Of a stretch of 64,000 nt of DNA, positions 13,175 through 32,115 are shown piece after piece (position 1 is the stretch's first letter; the number at the start of each line of letters is the position of its first letter). The stretch lies in assembly GCA_000934665.2 (NCBI GenBank), contig JYFJ02000731.1, positions 1 to 64,000 on the forward strand, read 5' to 3'. Below the pieces are notes generated by a model that saw only the letters and a program-made list of their open reading frames with translations, had not been told where the DNA came from and made no database searches. The translations under genes were made by a program, and so were the position numbers. This DNA comes from Catajapyx aquilonaris (lineage: Eukaryota).

Positions 13175-14617
13175 TCAATCGTTGGAGCTGCGACTAGGAG
13201 CAGGACTGGAGTCTCTGGAAGCTCTGCGAGCAGCACTTGATCTTGGAAGCACTTCTTCCAGCCTCGCTTCCTTCTCATCGTCATGGACCACGTACATTGT
13301 CATCCTCCGAGACAAACTTGGATGATCTTCAACCAGGTCACATATGTCATCATGACTCGTGATCAGAGTCCATCGGTTCTCATCTGGAGCTGGAAAAAAA
13401 AAAAGTAGGGAGTCAAATCATTCAGGTCATACTATATTGTTAAATAAGGTTGTACTGACCTACAGTCAGCAGGGAATACCCAGCAGCGTGTATGACCTCG
13501 ATGATATTCTGACCTCGTAGGACCCCGACGGCATCTGCGAGTGGTCCGTAGTCTTTAACAACGTCATCCAAGAAATCCTCCAGCTCATCATCTTCATTGG
13601 TCCTGTGTCGAAACTGTTGCTGGACACCATCTTTAGGACAGAACACCACAGTGATTCTGCCTGGAAGATTAACCTTCTCATGTCGTCTCCGTTGTCTTCT
13701 GCCTTGGAGATACAAAGGTGTGTTCCGTCGGGTGTCAATGGCCGGATTATTATTCCTCTGGAAAGCAATGGACATGTTTTCCAAAGCACTGCAGATCATC
13801 TTGGTGTTCTTGTCGTCCTGGAAAAATGTTCAAGTTAGAAAAGTTGGTACCAAAACATATATTGTTTTTGACTCACCCTGTCCTGTTGGCGGTGCAGAAT
13901 AGCCAGTGTTTCCCTGTGGTTTATTCTGTCTCGTTCATTTTGCTCTCGAAGCATAGTGACCTCCACTTGGCTTTTGGCAGCCTCCAATCTAGCCTGATGC
14001 TTCTCCTCCTTCACCTTGTCCAGTTTATCTTCAATTTGGCGCAATTCTTGTGTCTATAAATTCGGCTGTTTTTAAGTACCGAACAAAAGTAACCAATAAT
14101 AAAATGTACAATCATACCTTTTCATCCAACCTCCTCTGCCTGCTTTCCAGCCTCTCTTTGATCTGGTCCAATCTGACATCCATAACCTTTATCTCGAACT
14201 GGCTTTTGATCAGGTCACGTTCTGATACTTCTCTAGATTGCTGCAAATCTTCATACCTCCTTTGCAAATTGGATCTATCACTCATCTGCAAAATATATGC
14301 AACAAAGTCAATAACAATTTTTTTAAAAATAATCAGAAAAAGGTCACCTCTCGTTCAAGACGATCCCTGTCTTCCTGCAGCTTCTCATTGAGATGCCGGA
14401 TGTCTCGTTCCTTCAAGGCAGATTCGGTCGACTTTTCATGCAAATCACGTGTCAGCTGCTTGTTTTCTTCCTCATACTTACTCCCATCGCTTAATTATGG
14501 ACGAAAAATTAAAATTAAAATGAGCCTGTCAAACGACTAGGAACTGTAGTCTATATTGGTATAACCCCCAAAAAATTTGTTACATTTGGACAAATAATTG
14601 TATACTTACTTTCCCAT
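13175..14617 (-). CDS. Coiled-coil + PB1-like protein, paralogue C (predicted N-myristoylated)
   Basis: Micro-exon ATGGGAAA|gtaagt joined to 14489 gives MGNDGSKYEEENKQL; coiled-coil exons; DDKNTKMICSAL..RITVVFCPKDG..YSLLTVA|PDENRWTLITSHDDICDLVEDHPSLSRRMTMYVVHDDEKEARL; TGA at 13177-13175. Confidence 0.8.
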
Positions 14618-16060
14618 GCTTGCTGTGTTTGAATAAAGGCTTCTTTGAGAGCACACAACCTTCCTCTCTGTATGTCTGCTCGGTTCTGATGATTCCAACA
14701 GCGAGATATTCGTTCAAACGAAAGCCTTGGGCTTGTGCCAGGCTTACAACTACTGTGGAAATAATCCTAAATGTAAAGTATGTGTCACATACACGGTCAC
14801 ATATATGGCATAATTAGCAGGAGTCATACTATGCACGAGCAAAGGTCGCAAATGTTCAGTGGGGAAATCCCTCAGGACTCTGCTGGACATATGCCCAAAA
14901 GGATTTATCACGAGACTCAATCGACACACACAACTAATTATAGACATTATTATATTAAAAGTAGTGTACAACTGGCCAGCAAGTTGGCCCCAGATAAAAT
15001 GCATAGAATGGGGAATTCCCCAGATGGTACTGCCACAGCATCCAGACTAAACTACTGAATGTGTAACCTTGGCTTTGATCCGCCTGTTCTTTCAGGGTCA
15101 CTATATGCTTGCCTCCAGCACACACACACAAAACAGTAAATTATTATGCCACTATTCTCAGCTAACGTCAGGTGATAATATTTCTGTGACTCCTGAGAGT
15201 TCCATTTGTTGTCAAATTTGTTGCCAACTGGACATTCCTCTCGAGGGTTTTCCCCGCGAGTTTGAACAAAAAAAAAATTTACTTGGCTCCAATTCTGGCC
15301 ATTGATACACTGTACGGAGTCCACAGTTCATACTCGATTTAGTTGTAATTCAGAGAATAGTTATATGTATCCAATCACACAACAAGAGATCTATGTCTAA
15401 AGTTGGTTGCGGTTGGTTGACTACCATGAATGATTAGACTATAAGTTCAGATAACAGTTTTTAAGAGGGGGACTTTAGCGGTTTGGGGATCGGATGTTTA
15501 AGAGTATTTTTAGGTCACTTTCTAGGAACTCAGTACTACGCAATGTGCAGGCGGCTTTAACCCATCAATTTCTCTCGGGGTGAAGTGGACAGGTCCATGA
15601 TAATAAACATGTCTTTTACGACTGGGCTTGGAAATAAGTTTGTTCTTCCCACTGCACATAGCAATGAACGGTATGGCATTTTAAAACTGAATAACGTTCA
15701 CTGCAATGTGCTGCATGTCCATGCTTTAAAAAGTTACAATTATGATCGAAGAGGTATTACGTCATCTTCAGTAATTGGTGCACTCCTTCATGAAGCTGTC
15801 ATTAGCCTATAATAATGCAACTATGCGAAAAAATTGCGCAGGGTTTGTTACAAACTGTTGTGGATTCGGAGGGAATTATAATTTTATTAATCATTAAAAC
15901 CTCAATACATGTTTCATGAATTAATAATTCCATTGCAGAAAGCGAACCATTACTTATAAAATTCTGTAACTGAACTTGATTTATTTTCTACTGTAAAAAA
16001 AAACTTCATACACCAAAAAAAGCGTTTGTGGCACTCGTTTAAAAAAAAATTGCAGAATGA

Positions 16061-17417
16061 TCAATCTTGGACCAAAATTTCGTCCAAACGACTCTCCTTC
16101 TCTTCGTTGTGGACAAGGTACAGCGTGATGGTCCTGGGCACTTCCACCTGGTCCTCGATTAGATCCAAAAGGTCATCATGGCTCGTGATCTTGGTCCACT
16201 TTCGATGACCATGTCCTGCAATATATGAGATGGTCAGCTCCGCCAACTGATTGATTCTACACTTTGACTTACGAATAGTTAGAAGCGAGTATTTAGCAGC
16301 ACGAATAGCATCGAAGACACTCTCATTTCTTGTGATTTTAAAGGCTCTCCTTAATGGCTCGTGGTCCTCCAGAACATACTCCAGGCAATCCTCCAGGTTG
16401 TCACCTTCTTCTGGCTTCTTCTGGAAATACTCGAGCTCAGATTCCTTGGGACAGAATCCGATTCTGATTCTTTTTGGAAGGACCAGATCCTTTCTTCGAC
16501 GATGTACTGGCTCCTGTTGGATGGCCTCTGGTTGATTAATTCCTGATGATGTTAAAGATCGGCTGGACACTGCATTTTCAGCAAAATCCATTACTCGTCC
16601 CATGGTCTTGGCTATCAACTCGGTGTTCCTATCATCCTGGAAATAACGCCATTGAGTAAAAAAAAATCAGATTTAGCAATAAAAAATAATAATTGATGAC
16701 TCACCCTGTCTTTCAACTGCAAGAAGAATTCTTGTTGCTCCTTGGCTTTTCCTTCTTCCTTGGCCAGCTCCTGTTCCTTCATTTTATACTTGGTTTCCAG
16801 TATAGCCGATTCTTTCTCCAGGTTCCTCTTTTCCTCTTCTGATTTGGTCACTATGCTTCTTGCTTCATGCAGTTGTTGCTTCTACATAAAGGTACAGAGA
16901 CAGTGAGTAAGATGACTTTGCGAATAAACAGTATTTACCTTTGCTTCATATTTCGCTTTCTTATCGTTGAGCTCACTGGTCATATGATCAACCTGGGTCT
17001 TGACAAATACGTTTTCAAATCCTTTTTCTCCAGAAGCCTTCTCCACGTCTCGAATCTTTTCTTCGGCCAGTTCCAGCTTCCTCTCAAGATCTTTAATCTT
17101 ACTGTCCTAATATATAAAGTATTATTACGTGTTTGAGTCACTTGGTGTCAATTACTCGAACAATATGTCACTTGCTTTTTCTCGTATTTCGTCCTGAGCA
17201 GCCCTCAGCTTTTCCTCCAGGTGATCCACGTCCCTTCTGGACAGCTTAGCCTCAGTGTCCTTCTCGTTGACCTCTCTGGCCAAATGCCTGTTCTCTCGGT
17301 CAAGCTCAGTCTCCTTCTCCGATTGTCCACTGCGCGACAACAACATTCAACAATAACAATGATGAAAGAGCAATGAGAGAGTTTGACTCACCCAAAGATG
17401 TTCTTGAGGAAGGACAT
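16061..17417 (-). CDS. Coiled-coil + PB1-like protein, paralogue D
   Basis: First exon MSFLKNIFG|, coiled-coil exons (ELDRENRHLAREVNEKDTE..), RIRIGFCPKESE..YSLLTI..KWTKITSHDDLLDLIEDQVEVPRTITLYLVHNEEKESRL; clearly homologous to paralogue C. Confidence 0.8.
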
Positions 17418-19920
17418 TTTTTGTCCAGAGGATTCTCTGATGTGTGTTGTGATCGTTTGAGGTCTGAACACGTACTGTGAAGACGACGAACATTTTATAT
17501 GAAGCCCGCTAAAGGGCCTGGCCAAGGGTTGGAAACAATCTAGCCTCACATATTGCAGGGGTGTCCAAACAATAATCTAAAGAAATGATCATTTCGGATT
17601 GTTGCTGCAATTCTTATTATTAAATTATATTTAATGAGCGATATCCTGCAACAATGACATAATGACAATTATTTTCCGCGCAATGAGTAATTGACTGCAA
17701 GTTGTGGTTTGCTCTCTGTAGATGTCAGGATGTCATGAGCAATGAAGTTGATAGGTACTCAGCACTCACGCCATCCACAGGAAGATATCCTAAGTACTTG
17801 GTCTGTACTGTTCAAAGTACGGCAATCGTGATGTGTGCACAATTACAAACTAGTTGCTTCTTTTAAAACCAGTTGCTGGAGTGAACCCCACGCATTTTTG
17901 AAGCAAGTTTGGGGGGAAAAAAATGAAACACCCTGTACAATAATTCGGATATGATGGTGTAATATATGCACTGAAATATGTTGTGTGAAATTCGAATTAT
18001 CAGCTTGGTGTATATTCTATTGTGTTTTGGACTTATCATCCATCATTATCAGGGCTTGAATATATAAAACCGGCTATTAAAAATACATATACTTTTGAAA
18101 GTTACACCTTGCTATTGTTTTACCGGAGCTGCGCAGATTTTTTGTTAAAAAACGCAGCTCCTGATGACATGTGCATGTTTGTTTAGCAGATTTTGTTATT
18201 CCGATTATTGATAAGTAAGTACCTGTAGAGGCGATATCGACAGCAAGGTACTTATTTCCAGGGAGTTCCCCTGCTCACTTATTGTTATCTTAGAGAATGA
18301 TTTTTTTTACAATTTTTTGCGACACTTCGGGTTCAAGTTCACTTAGTTTCCGTCAATTGGCTGATAACTACTGTGCAGGTAAGATGTGTTTTTAGAGCCG
18401 GTTGTTTTGGCTTTCAAGTTTTTAAGCGTTCCAGTAATGATTTCACATTGGCATATCAGAATGTTGTATAATTATTTACACACTAATTTAGGCGTTAAAC
18501 TCATTAAAATGCTTGTACAATACAATATAGATTATAACGGCTCCGAAAAAGGGCAAAAAAAAGTGTGTGTTGTTCACTCCAGCAACCCCAGTTGTTGCTT
18601 TAAATTTTCTTTCGTAAATCAAGTCCATAGTCATAAATTATGTCGAGACTATAGATTGTTGGATACTTGGATTAAAGCACTATCAAGAGTATGACTTTCT
18701 CTGGACAATAATGTATAATTAATTAAAGACTTTCATGACGCGTGGGATCAAAGTATAAAAATAATCGCAATTATTCCGGATGATCGATCGATTATTTCAA
18801 TGTCATGGTCATTAATACAGGGAAGTTTGCGACTGATTGCACGTGTAAATATTAATTGTCGTCATATCTCGCGTATGCAGGTGTCACACTTTGCTAATCA
18901 AATCTACTGTACGTCACGCCCGGCTTATTTGCTCGTACATTGTAGTTTTTTTTTATGCCAATGAAAATTATTAGCCAATTGCACTGCGACCACAATAAGC
19001 TGACAACAATGCCGGTAAGCATTGCTATTTTTGGAATACAAAATTCTCCTCAACGTTACGTACATTTTGAAAAATGTTGTAGTTACACTTTAAAATATAT
19101 TAAAAGGCGTCTAGTGTACCTCTCAACTCCGATTGAACAGAGTTATTGCGTATGTTGTAAAATATTTAAATGAATGGCATTATCAGCAACTTCATAACAT
19201 ACACGAGCTGCTGTATCTATGTAGGATATACTCATCAGGCCTGTACTTCCAGTTATAATAGGCGATAATATATTCGTGTTGTTTCTTTATCATCCTTCAG
19301 TAGAAGTATGTAGATATTTTGCGGCTGAGTTTGGCGTGAGGAAAATATTAATAACTGCAAGGAAAATGTCACTCTTGAAAAAAATCATATATAAGAGAGA
19401 GGAAATGGGAAACCGACGTTGCGCGCAGGATGTTTGAATGAGTCAACGCATGACACACTCAATTTCTCATGATAATAATAATTGCAACATGACTTGATCG
19501 AACCCTCAGATATATTTATTGCTGTGCACTCAATTACATTTTTTTAAAGGAGTTGCAAGAAAAAAAGTGTATAAAGACATCTTGGGTAATATTCAGAGAG
19601 GATGCCAAATTTTTGACTGAAATATTTTTTTTGCATATCCTCAAGTGATATCAGGTGAATGAAATAGTGCACCAACCTCTTATTGTTCTTTCATTTCAAA
19701 TCCATCATATGAACGTGGTTATTATCTAAAGACCTCCAGCCATAAATCCCTCAACATCATCACGCCGTCCTTTTCTATCCATCTTTCTCGACAGTTCGAT
19801 CTGATTAGAGTCTTGTGCTGTGCACGTTATTTGACTCTCTCAACTTTACCTTACATGAACAACTCAGATTGTAACTAATTCTTGTTGCAGTCATGTGAAC
19901 AGCACCCGCTGGACTAAACT

Positions 19921-22744
19921 ATGTGGTGGCGTAGCCAGAAATATGAGGTAGAATCGGAGCCACAAATATGTCAACGAAATGGACACTCGGGAGTCTTCAG
20001 GAACAGAACGTACTCATATGGTAAGTACATTATCCTGAAAAACGCACTTGAAAAGAAAATTGGTCTGATAAGTACTCATTTAAATATTATTGTTCTCTTT
20101 ACATTATTCAGAAGGCAGGGATTCATCGAGAGTACTTTCCGCTAACAAACGAGCCAGCAAACGACGAGCTTCATGCTCTGATTCAAGTGTCGTTCAAAGC
20201 TTCCAAGCTTCTGCTGCAATACCCAGTAAGTGTTGAGACATAATATTGCACATTCTGTATTATTGATTGCGTTTAAAAAGTTGCATGGAAGAGTATTCCA
20301 AAGATTGTTCACTCCAGAAATTAGTTCAAAAATAAAGCAACTTATTGGTTTCTCCTTTATAAACTTGGTTGCTTGGGGCAAACAATCCGTAAATAATTAT
20401 GACATATCCTCCTTGTCGGACTGCGCACTTAAATCTTCACAGTAATATGAGGAAATTGGTGTGTGATGCAATAACCTGCTATTGCAGTACATCGTTGGAT
20501 AATCACTGCAATGAACTTTGCAGTAATAATTAGATTATTAAATCTGATAGTCTATCTGACCATGACTTCATGACCTCTCATTGCAGCTGCGATATTGACA
20601 CGTATGGAATGTGATCTGATAAACGTAACCTGTAATCTCCAATTATTATTATTATTAAGTTAATGTATACAATCTTGTTGGATGTGTTTTGTAACAAGTA
20701 ACTTATTGACGACCCAATTATTACACCCTTTTGCAGTAAGAGCACCGTTGTCCAAAGCAGATGAAGAGTTTGAACGGAAATGGGCAGAAAATTCAAAGGT
20801 CAGCATATTATGTCGAAATTAGGCGCATTTACATATTGGCGATATTTTTTTAAAAAAAATCAGTGCCTATGAATTGACCTTTCATAGCCAAAGCAGGGAG
20901 CATATACTACAAAAGTGGCGCAAACATTCGATTTACTCGTCTCTCTGTTTGGGGGCGCTGCCAAGGCTGGCGGCCATCTTGAAGTGTGGGGTACGCCAAC
21001 GAGGTATAAATAGGGTACAGGCAAAAAATAGGGTCAGCCATCTTTGATTCGCTCGTGTTCTTGCCATGTAGTTGCCATGGCCGCCAAAACTATCAAAGAT
21101 GGCGGACCATATTTTTGCCTGTACTCGTTAGCGTTCCCCACACTTCAAAATGGCCGCCAGCCTTGGCAACGGCCCCAAACAGAGAGACGCGAGCATCAAA
21201 CGCGCCGACAGAAGTTTTCGCCTCTTATATGTAGTATATATGCTCCCTGCTGGCCAAAGGGTCAATAGGCCTTTACATTATAACCCTGCATGTTACTGAC
21301 CTATATCTTTCTGTCATCCTGATTGGAAGAGCACGAGCAATGTGAAGCTGAGCGACTTCAAAGTGAAGAGGACCATCGGCACAGGTTCGTTTGGAAGAGT
21401 GTTCCTGGTAAAGAAGAAAAGCGACAAGACCTACTACGCGATGAAGGTTCTCCGAAAGAGCAGTGTGGTCGGATCGACACAGGTCGAACTAATCCTCAAC
21501 GAGAAGAGAACACTCCTCTGCCTCGACTCACCTTTTCTCATAAAGCTACACTTCCACTTCATGGTGTGCAATTACTTATGCCAACTTCTTGAATAAAATT
21601 TTTTAATATAAAAATCAATCTGCTTTTCACATTGCAGGATAATGCTAATTTATATATGGTCTTAACATATGTTGCTGGAGGCGACATGCGCACTCACTTG
21701 CAACGACATCTCAAATTTAAGTAAGCATTGCGTCATCATCACCATAATTTTTTATTTCATATACTGTATTATTTATTTATTTCAGGAAATATTTCAGGGA
21801 AGAGGACACTCTCTTCTACTCCGCTCAGATAGTTCTGGCCTTGGAGTACCTGCACTCTCATCACATACTGTACCGAGATCTGAAGCCCGAGAATGTGATG
21901 GTGGACCAGCAAGGGTACATTAAACTGGTGGACTTTGGTCTGGCAAAGAGGACCAGGGGCAGGACCTCAACAATGTGCGGTACTAGCGATTACATGGCCC
22001 CTGAGATCCTCATGGGGAAATGGTACGACAAATCCGTTGATTTCTGGGCATTAGGAGTCTTGATCTTCGAGATGACAGCCGGATACTCGCCATACCAATC
22101 GCACCGGGGCTCGGACGCAGGGCAGAAGATTGTCACCGCAAAGGTCGGTCGAAAGACTCATGTATTTGTAGATCTTTTTAAAAAGGAGCGCAACCGAGTG
22201 CGCACCCACACTCGCGCAGCTTCAGAGCCCTGGCAATGTCGCAAACGTCGGTCATTTTGTTCCTCCTCCTAGAGTACAGCCTACTGTACCGCACAGCTAT
22301 CATTGGTAGTGCCAACCCTGCAAGCTGCGCGAACTGTGGTGCGCACTCGGTTGATAATAATCATCTTTTTACTTGCGCAGGTGTGTTTTCCTGAGAACTT
22401 CAGCCCAGATATGAGACACCTGTTGTGGAATCTTCTCCAGGTTGACCAAACGAAGCGTTATGGAAGCCTTCAGAATGGAATAGACGACATCAAAAACCAT
22501 CCTTGGTTCAGATCCATCGATTGGATGGACATTTATTTTAAGAAAGTGCGCAATTGATATTGCGTGTACACAGTGTACTTGTTTTATTGACCACTACTTT
22601 TTGCAGGTTGAACCACCTTGGAAGCCGATAGTGTCCAGTCCAGGTGACACCAGGCAGTTCGACATATGCTCTGAAGATCCGACCTTGTTCAAGAAGAAGA
22701 CCCCACATGCTGACCTCTACTCTGAAGTGTTCAAAGACTTTTAG
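19921..22744 (+). CDS. Divergent cAMP-dependent protein kinase catalytic subunit-like AGC kinase
   Basis: GTGSFGRV, YAMK, NEKR, DNANLYMV, YRDLKPEN, DFG, APE, DFWALG, DIKNHPWF, PGDTRQFD and terminal FKDF* (FxxF) follow the PKA-C layout. N-terminal exons are less certain. Confidence 0.88.
20894..21249. mobile_element. MITE family 1, copy 1 (fold-back, CAGGGAGC termini)
   Basis: Near-perfect palindrome in a kinase intron; flanked by gccaaag...(ctg)gccaaag; homologous to the copies at 28406 and 60565. Confidence 0.9.
22191..22353. mobile_element. Short MITE-like element, family 2 (CAACCGAGTGCGCACC termini)
   Basis: Inverted ends caaccgagtgcgcacccacactcgcgcagct / agctgcgcgaactgtggtgcgcactcggttg inside a kinase intron; related ends recur at 57373 and 58283. 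Confidence 0.7.
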
Positions 22745-23205
22745 GCATCTCATTTGGGTGAATCAGCAAGATTTACCCAATCAGGACTTTGACCATACAG
22801 TATGTTTTGGCTCGAATCATTACAAGTGAACAATTTCCAGCATCGCCGTTGTTCAAAAACTTTCTTTTGAAGGCATATGTACTGTACATAGTGTATTGCT
22901 TATTTATTTGTAGGATTTTTCCACTATCACCCTGTCAATATTGTCATAATAAATTATTTAAAAGGTCATACTTGATTTTTTTGCTGTGTTTGAAAGTTTT
23001 TCTATTGTATATGCCTATTTAAAATTGTCTGCATGACTTTTCTTGGTGGGCGTGAATCTTTACAAGGCGTTACTGTGGATTGCTGAATAATTATTGTGAT
23101 AAGTATGAGGAAGGATATTGGATTTCCTGTTCCCCCCCCCCCCCCTTTCCACAGTCTTTGTGGATTTCCTCGGCTCTCTAGCCACATTTTCAGGGTTGCC
23201 TGACC

Positions 23206-29025
<5,820 letters not shown>

Positions 29026-29554
29026 AGAAAACAACAGTTATATAATTATATGTTACACACGACACGATTGTTTGCCAGGTGCAGTAAAAACCTCGTAAAT
29101 AATGGAATTTGCAATATTATTAAAATGCAAAAAAATAACCATATTCATACTATGTAACTAATCCACTGTAATGCAACGCCTTTATTATAGCAAACTACAC
29201 GAGTGTAATAAGCTGTACTGCAGCATATAGGCTACAAAATAAAGAGGAGTTGTTTCAAAAAATTATTTTCTGGAATATGAACAATTATTGGACAATGCGA
29301 AATTCTGCATGTCTTGTCGAATTGTTGCGATTTTTTTTCCACTGTTGCCGGTGGGCTATTAGTATTGGCTACTAATATTTTACATCACTGTCCAACACGA
29401 CCTGGTCAGATTGGTCAGTGACGTCCTGGGGGGGCATGTAAAATGAATTCAATTAATTTTTTTCATACATTGAAAGGCAGTACAATCGCACTTTTGCGAA
29501 GTTAGTTGAGCAGATAGGAGCTTTCTGTGCTGCCTGGTCAAGTTCAGGTCAAAG

Positions 29555-30389
29555 ATGAGCCAGCTAGAGCAGAGTGGTGGGTCACCTCCTCCGTCACCGT
29601 CGCCTTCTCCGGCGCCGTCTGATCGTAAGTGACCTCGTTGTATACACTATTGTTGTGGTCTAATTGGATTGACCTGAAGGGAGCTTGGACACCCTGGAAG
29701 CGGACGAGGAGGTCGCTATGGTCAACGAGGGTCATCCCGTGGAGGTGTCTGGAGCCCGATTCCTCAGTTCGTCCTCGAGGTCATCCGGGTCATGGGAAAA
29801 GGCGCCCAGGTCGTCCAATGGACCGATTGTGCAGGAAACTGGACAGCAACTGGGACGAAATATTATTGGTGAGATAATAAGTGTGGTAGTTAAGTGTCCA
29901 GCATATTATTTTCGGACAATCTTTTCAGTACCACGAGCGAGGAAGGCGACGAATGGGACAGCATCCGACTGTGGTGTACCGGGGCCAAGCAGTAGCGGTG
30001 ACCACGAAATGTCAGAGGTCAACCCTCCGACTGTGACCCTGAAGATATCCATGCTGGTCGCCCCAATGTTCGAGGAAACTGATAGCTCTGCTGGTAGTCA
30101 TGATGAGTCCAGTGTGACCAATCTGGCACCTGCGTCGATGGAAACTCAATCGACGACGCTTCAGACGTCGTCTGGTCAGATGCCCAAGTCTGCCACATCC
30201 GACGACGTGTCTCAAGTGGAGGACCTGCCTGAAGACCCCTGTATGACCCAACCACCAGGGTCAAAGGTCGACGAAAAAGTGCAAAAGGAGGAGCCTATGG
30301 AATCGGAAGGTTCTGGTGACCAACAAATCGAAGAGGTGTCAAAGGTCAAGAAGCCCACATCTGATTATCAGGACAAGAATCGAGAATGA
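29555..30389 (+). CDS. Orphan Ser/Pro/acidic, probably disordered protein (about 3 exons)
   Basis: MSQLEQSGGSPPPSPSPSPAPSD|RSLDTLEADEE.. joined by a canonical intron to the long open frame ending at 30389; aataaa at about 30470; no recognisable domain. Confidence 0.6.
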
Positions 30390-30624
30390 AAGGCAGTTGG
30401 TCGAGTTTTTAAAATGAGAGGTTTTAAAAATGTTGTGTTCCAAATTAATGTGGATTTGACTTAATCGGCAATAAAGCAACAGGCTCAGAAAAAAAACCAC
30501 GATTGTTTATAGCGGATTTATGCTAATTTTATTAGTTGAGGAAACCAATTAGCCCTCGCTAATGAATGGGTGGTATTTAAATAACGATGGATATTATTTT
30601 TTTCTGCGAAACTATTGAGTTGCC

Positions 30625-32115
30625 TATAATAATTGTGCATAACGTAACAGCAAAAACCTGTACATATCGAAATATCTCGGTGCCGTAAATATTTTCTGAA
30701 ATGTACATGGCCAGCAATATCTTCAGTATGTGTTATTACATTTCGGACTTTTCCAGCTGGGCACTTGAAAACTAGAGGAAATCCCTTGGGGAAATCCACT
30801 GCATTCCTGAGGGCTTAAAAAATTTATTTCTGGTTCATGTTCCACCCCTCAAGTACAGTACATGACTCACTTGTACGCTGTACATTTGAGCAAGGTCAAG
30901 GGGGGGAAAAGTGCACATGAAGGACTAAAAATATCTTTGGGGCCCACCCTAACCAGAATATTTTTCATGTCCACTTTAGGGGATTGCACATGTTTTCGTA
31001 TCATTTGACGCCAAAAGTCTTCCTGAGTATATTACCAGTGTTAGAAATTACATTATTGAAAGCTACCTATTCTGTGTGATTATTTAAAAAAAAAAACTGC
31101 CAGTACAGGAATATTTCCAGCATCATTCAGTATCACCGATAATTGAGCGTAATATTTTTCTCATTATTATATGCACTTTTTGCACAAAAATGTGTCACCT
31201 GAAGCTTAACAAGCATCCATTTAAAAAAAAAATCCAATTCTTGTTGGTATTATTTTGACAATATAACTCGCAAAGGATTATGATTAGTTTAGTAACTTGG
31301 AATTAGGTTATACATTTTAAAAAATAGTTAAAATAATTTAGGACTCGCTTTTAAAAAAAAGATGGGAAAATAACGTATCAATTGAGGATGTGATTACATT
31401 TTTTTCTGCCTTGATGTTCATAATTATACACTGATGCTTTTTTAGAAAATTTAAAGCCTGCTGCGAGATACTATTAAAATATCGGCAGCCCTGCGTTATT
31501 ATCTGATAGGCCTAATGACCTGGCTATCATCGTATGGTATTAAGATTTGTAATCATTATTTTTTTCTACTATTGAATAGCCTAATAATTGCGCATACATT
31601 AAAACTTGCACATATCTCGGTGCCGTAAATATGTTCCGCAGCTGACATGTTTCCGCTATATTTATTGTCCGCAATAGCTACATTTCATTGCATTATTATA
31701 TTCGGACTACTCGCCAGGCACTTGAAACAAAGGTATATGAAAAATCCACTGTATTCCTTCGGCTTTTAAAAATTATTTCTGGTTCAAAAAGTGGCATACC
31801 TCTGCCTCCCCTCCCCTCCTAAAGTACACGAGACTCTTGTACACTGTACAGTACATTAGAGCAAGGTCAAGGGGGGAGAAAGTGCAAAATGCAATGTCTA
31901 AAAATATTTTGGTCCCCCCCCCCCCCCGGGTGAGGAGGGGGCCCACCCTATAACCAGAAGATATGTCCACTTTAGGGAATTATCCAGGTTTTAGTGTATA
32001 CTCCGGCTTCAGGTGACGCCAAAAGATATACATTACTGAAAGCTACATATTCTGTATGATTATTATTTACAAACTTATAAACTGCCAATATATAGGAATC
32101 TTCCCAGCATAATTC
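30625..32115 (+). repeat. Diverged direct duplication of about 500 bp (about 30625-31125 and 31580-32115)
   Basis: Collinear shared blocks atatctcggtgccgtaaatat, gcaaggtcaagggggg, gggcccaccct, tgtccactttaggg, tgacgccaaaag, gaaagctac. Confidence 0.8.
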
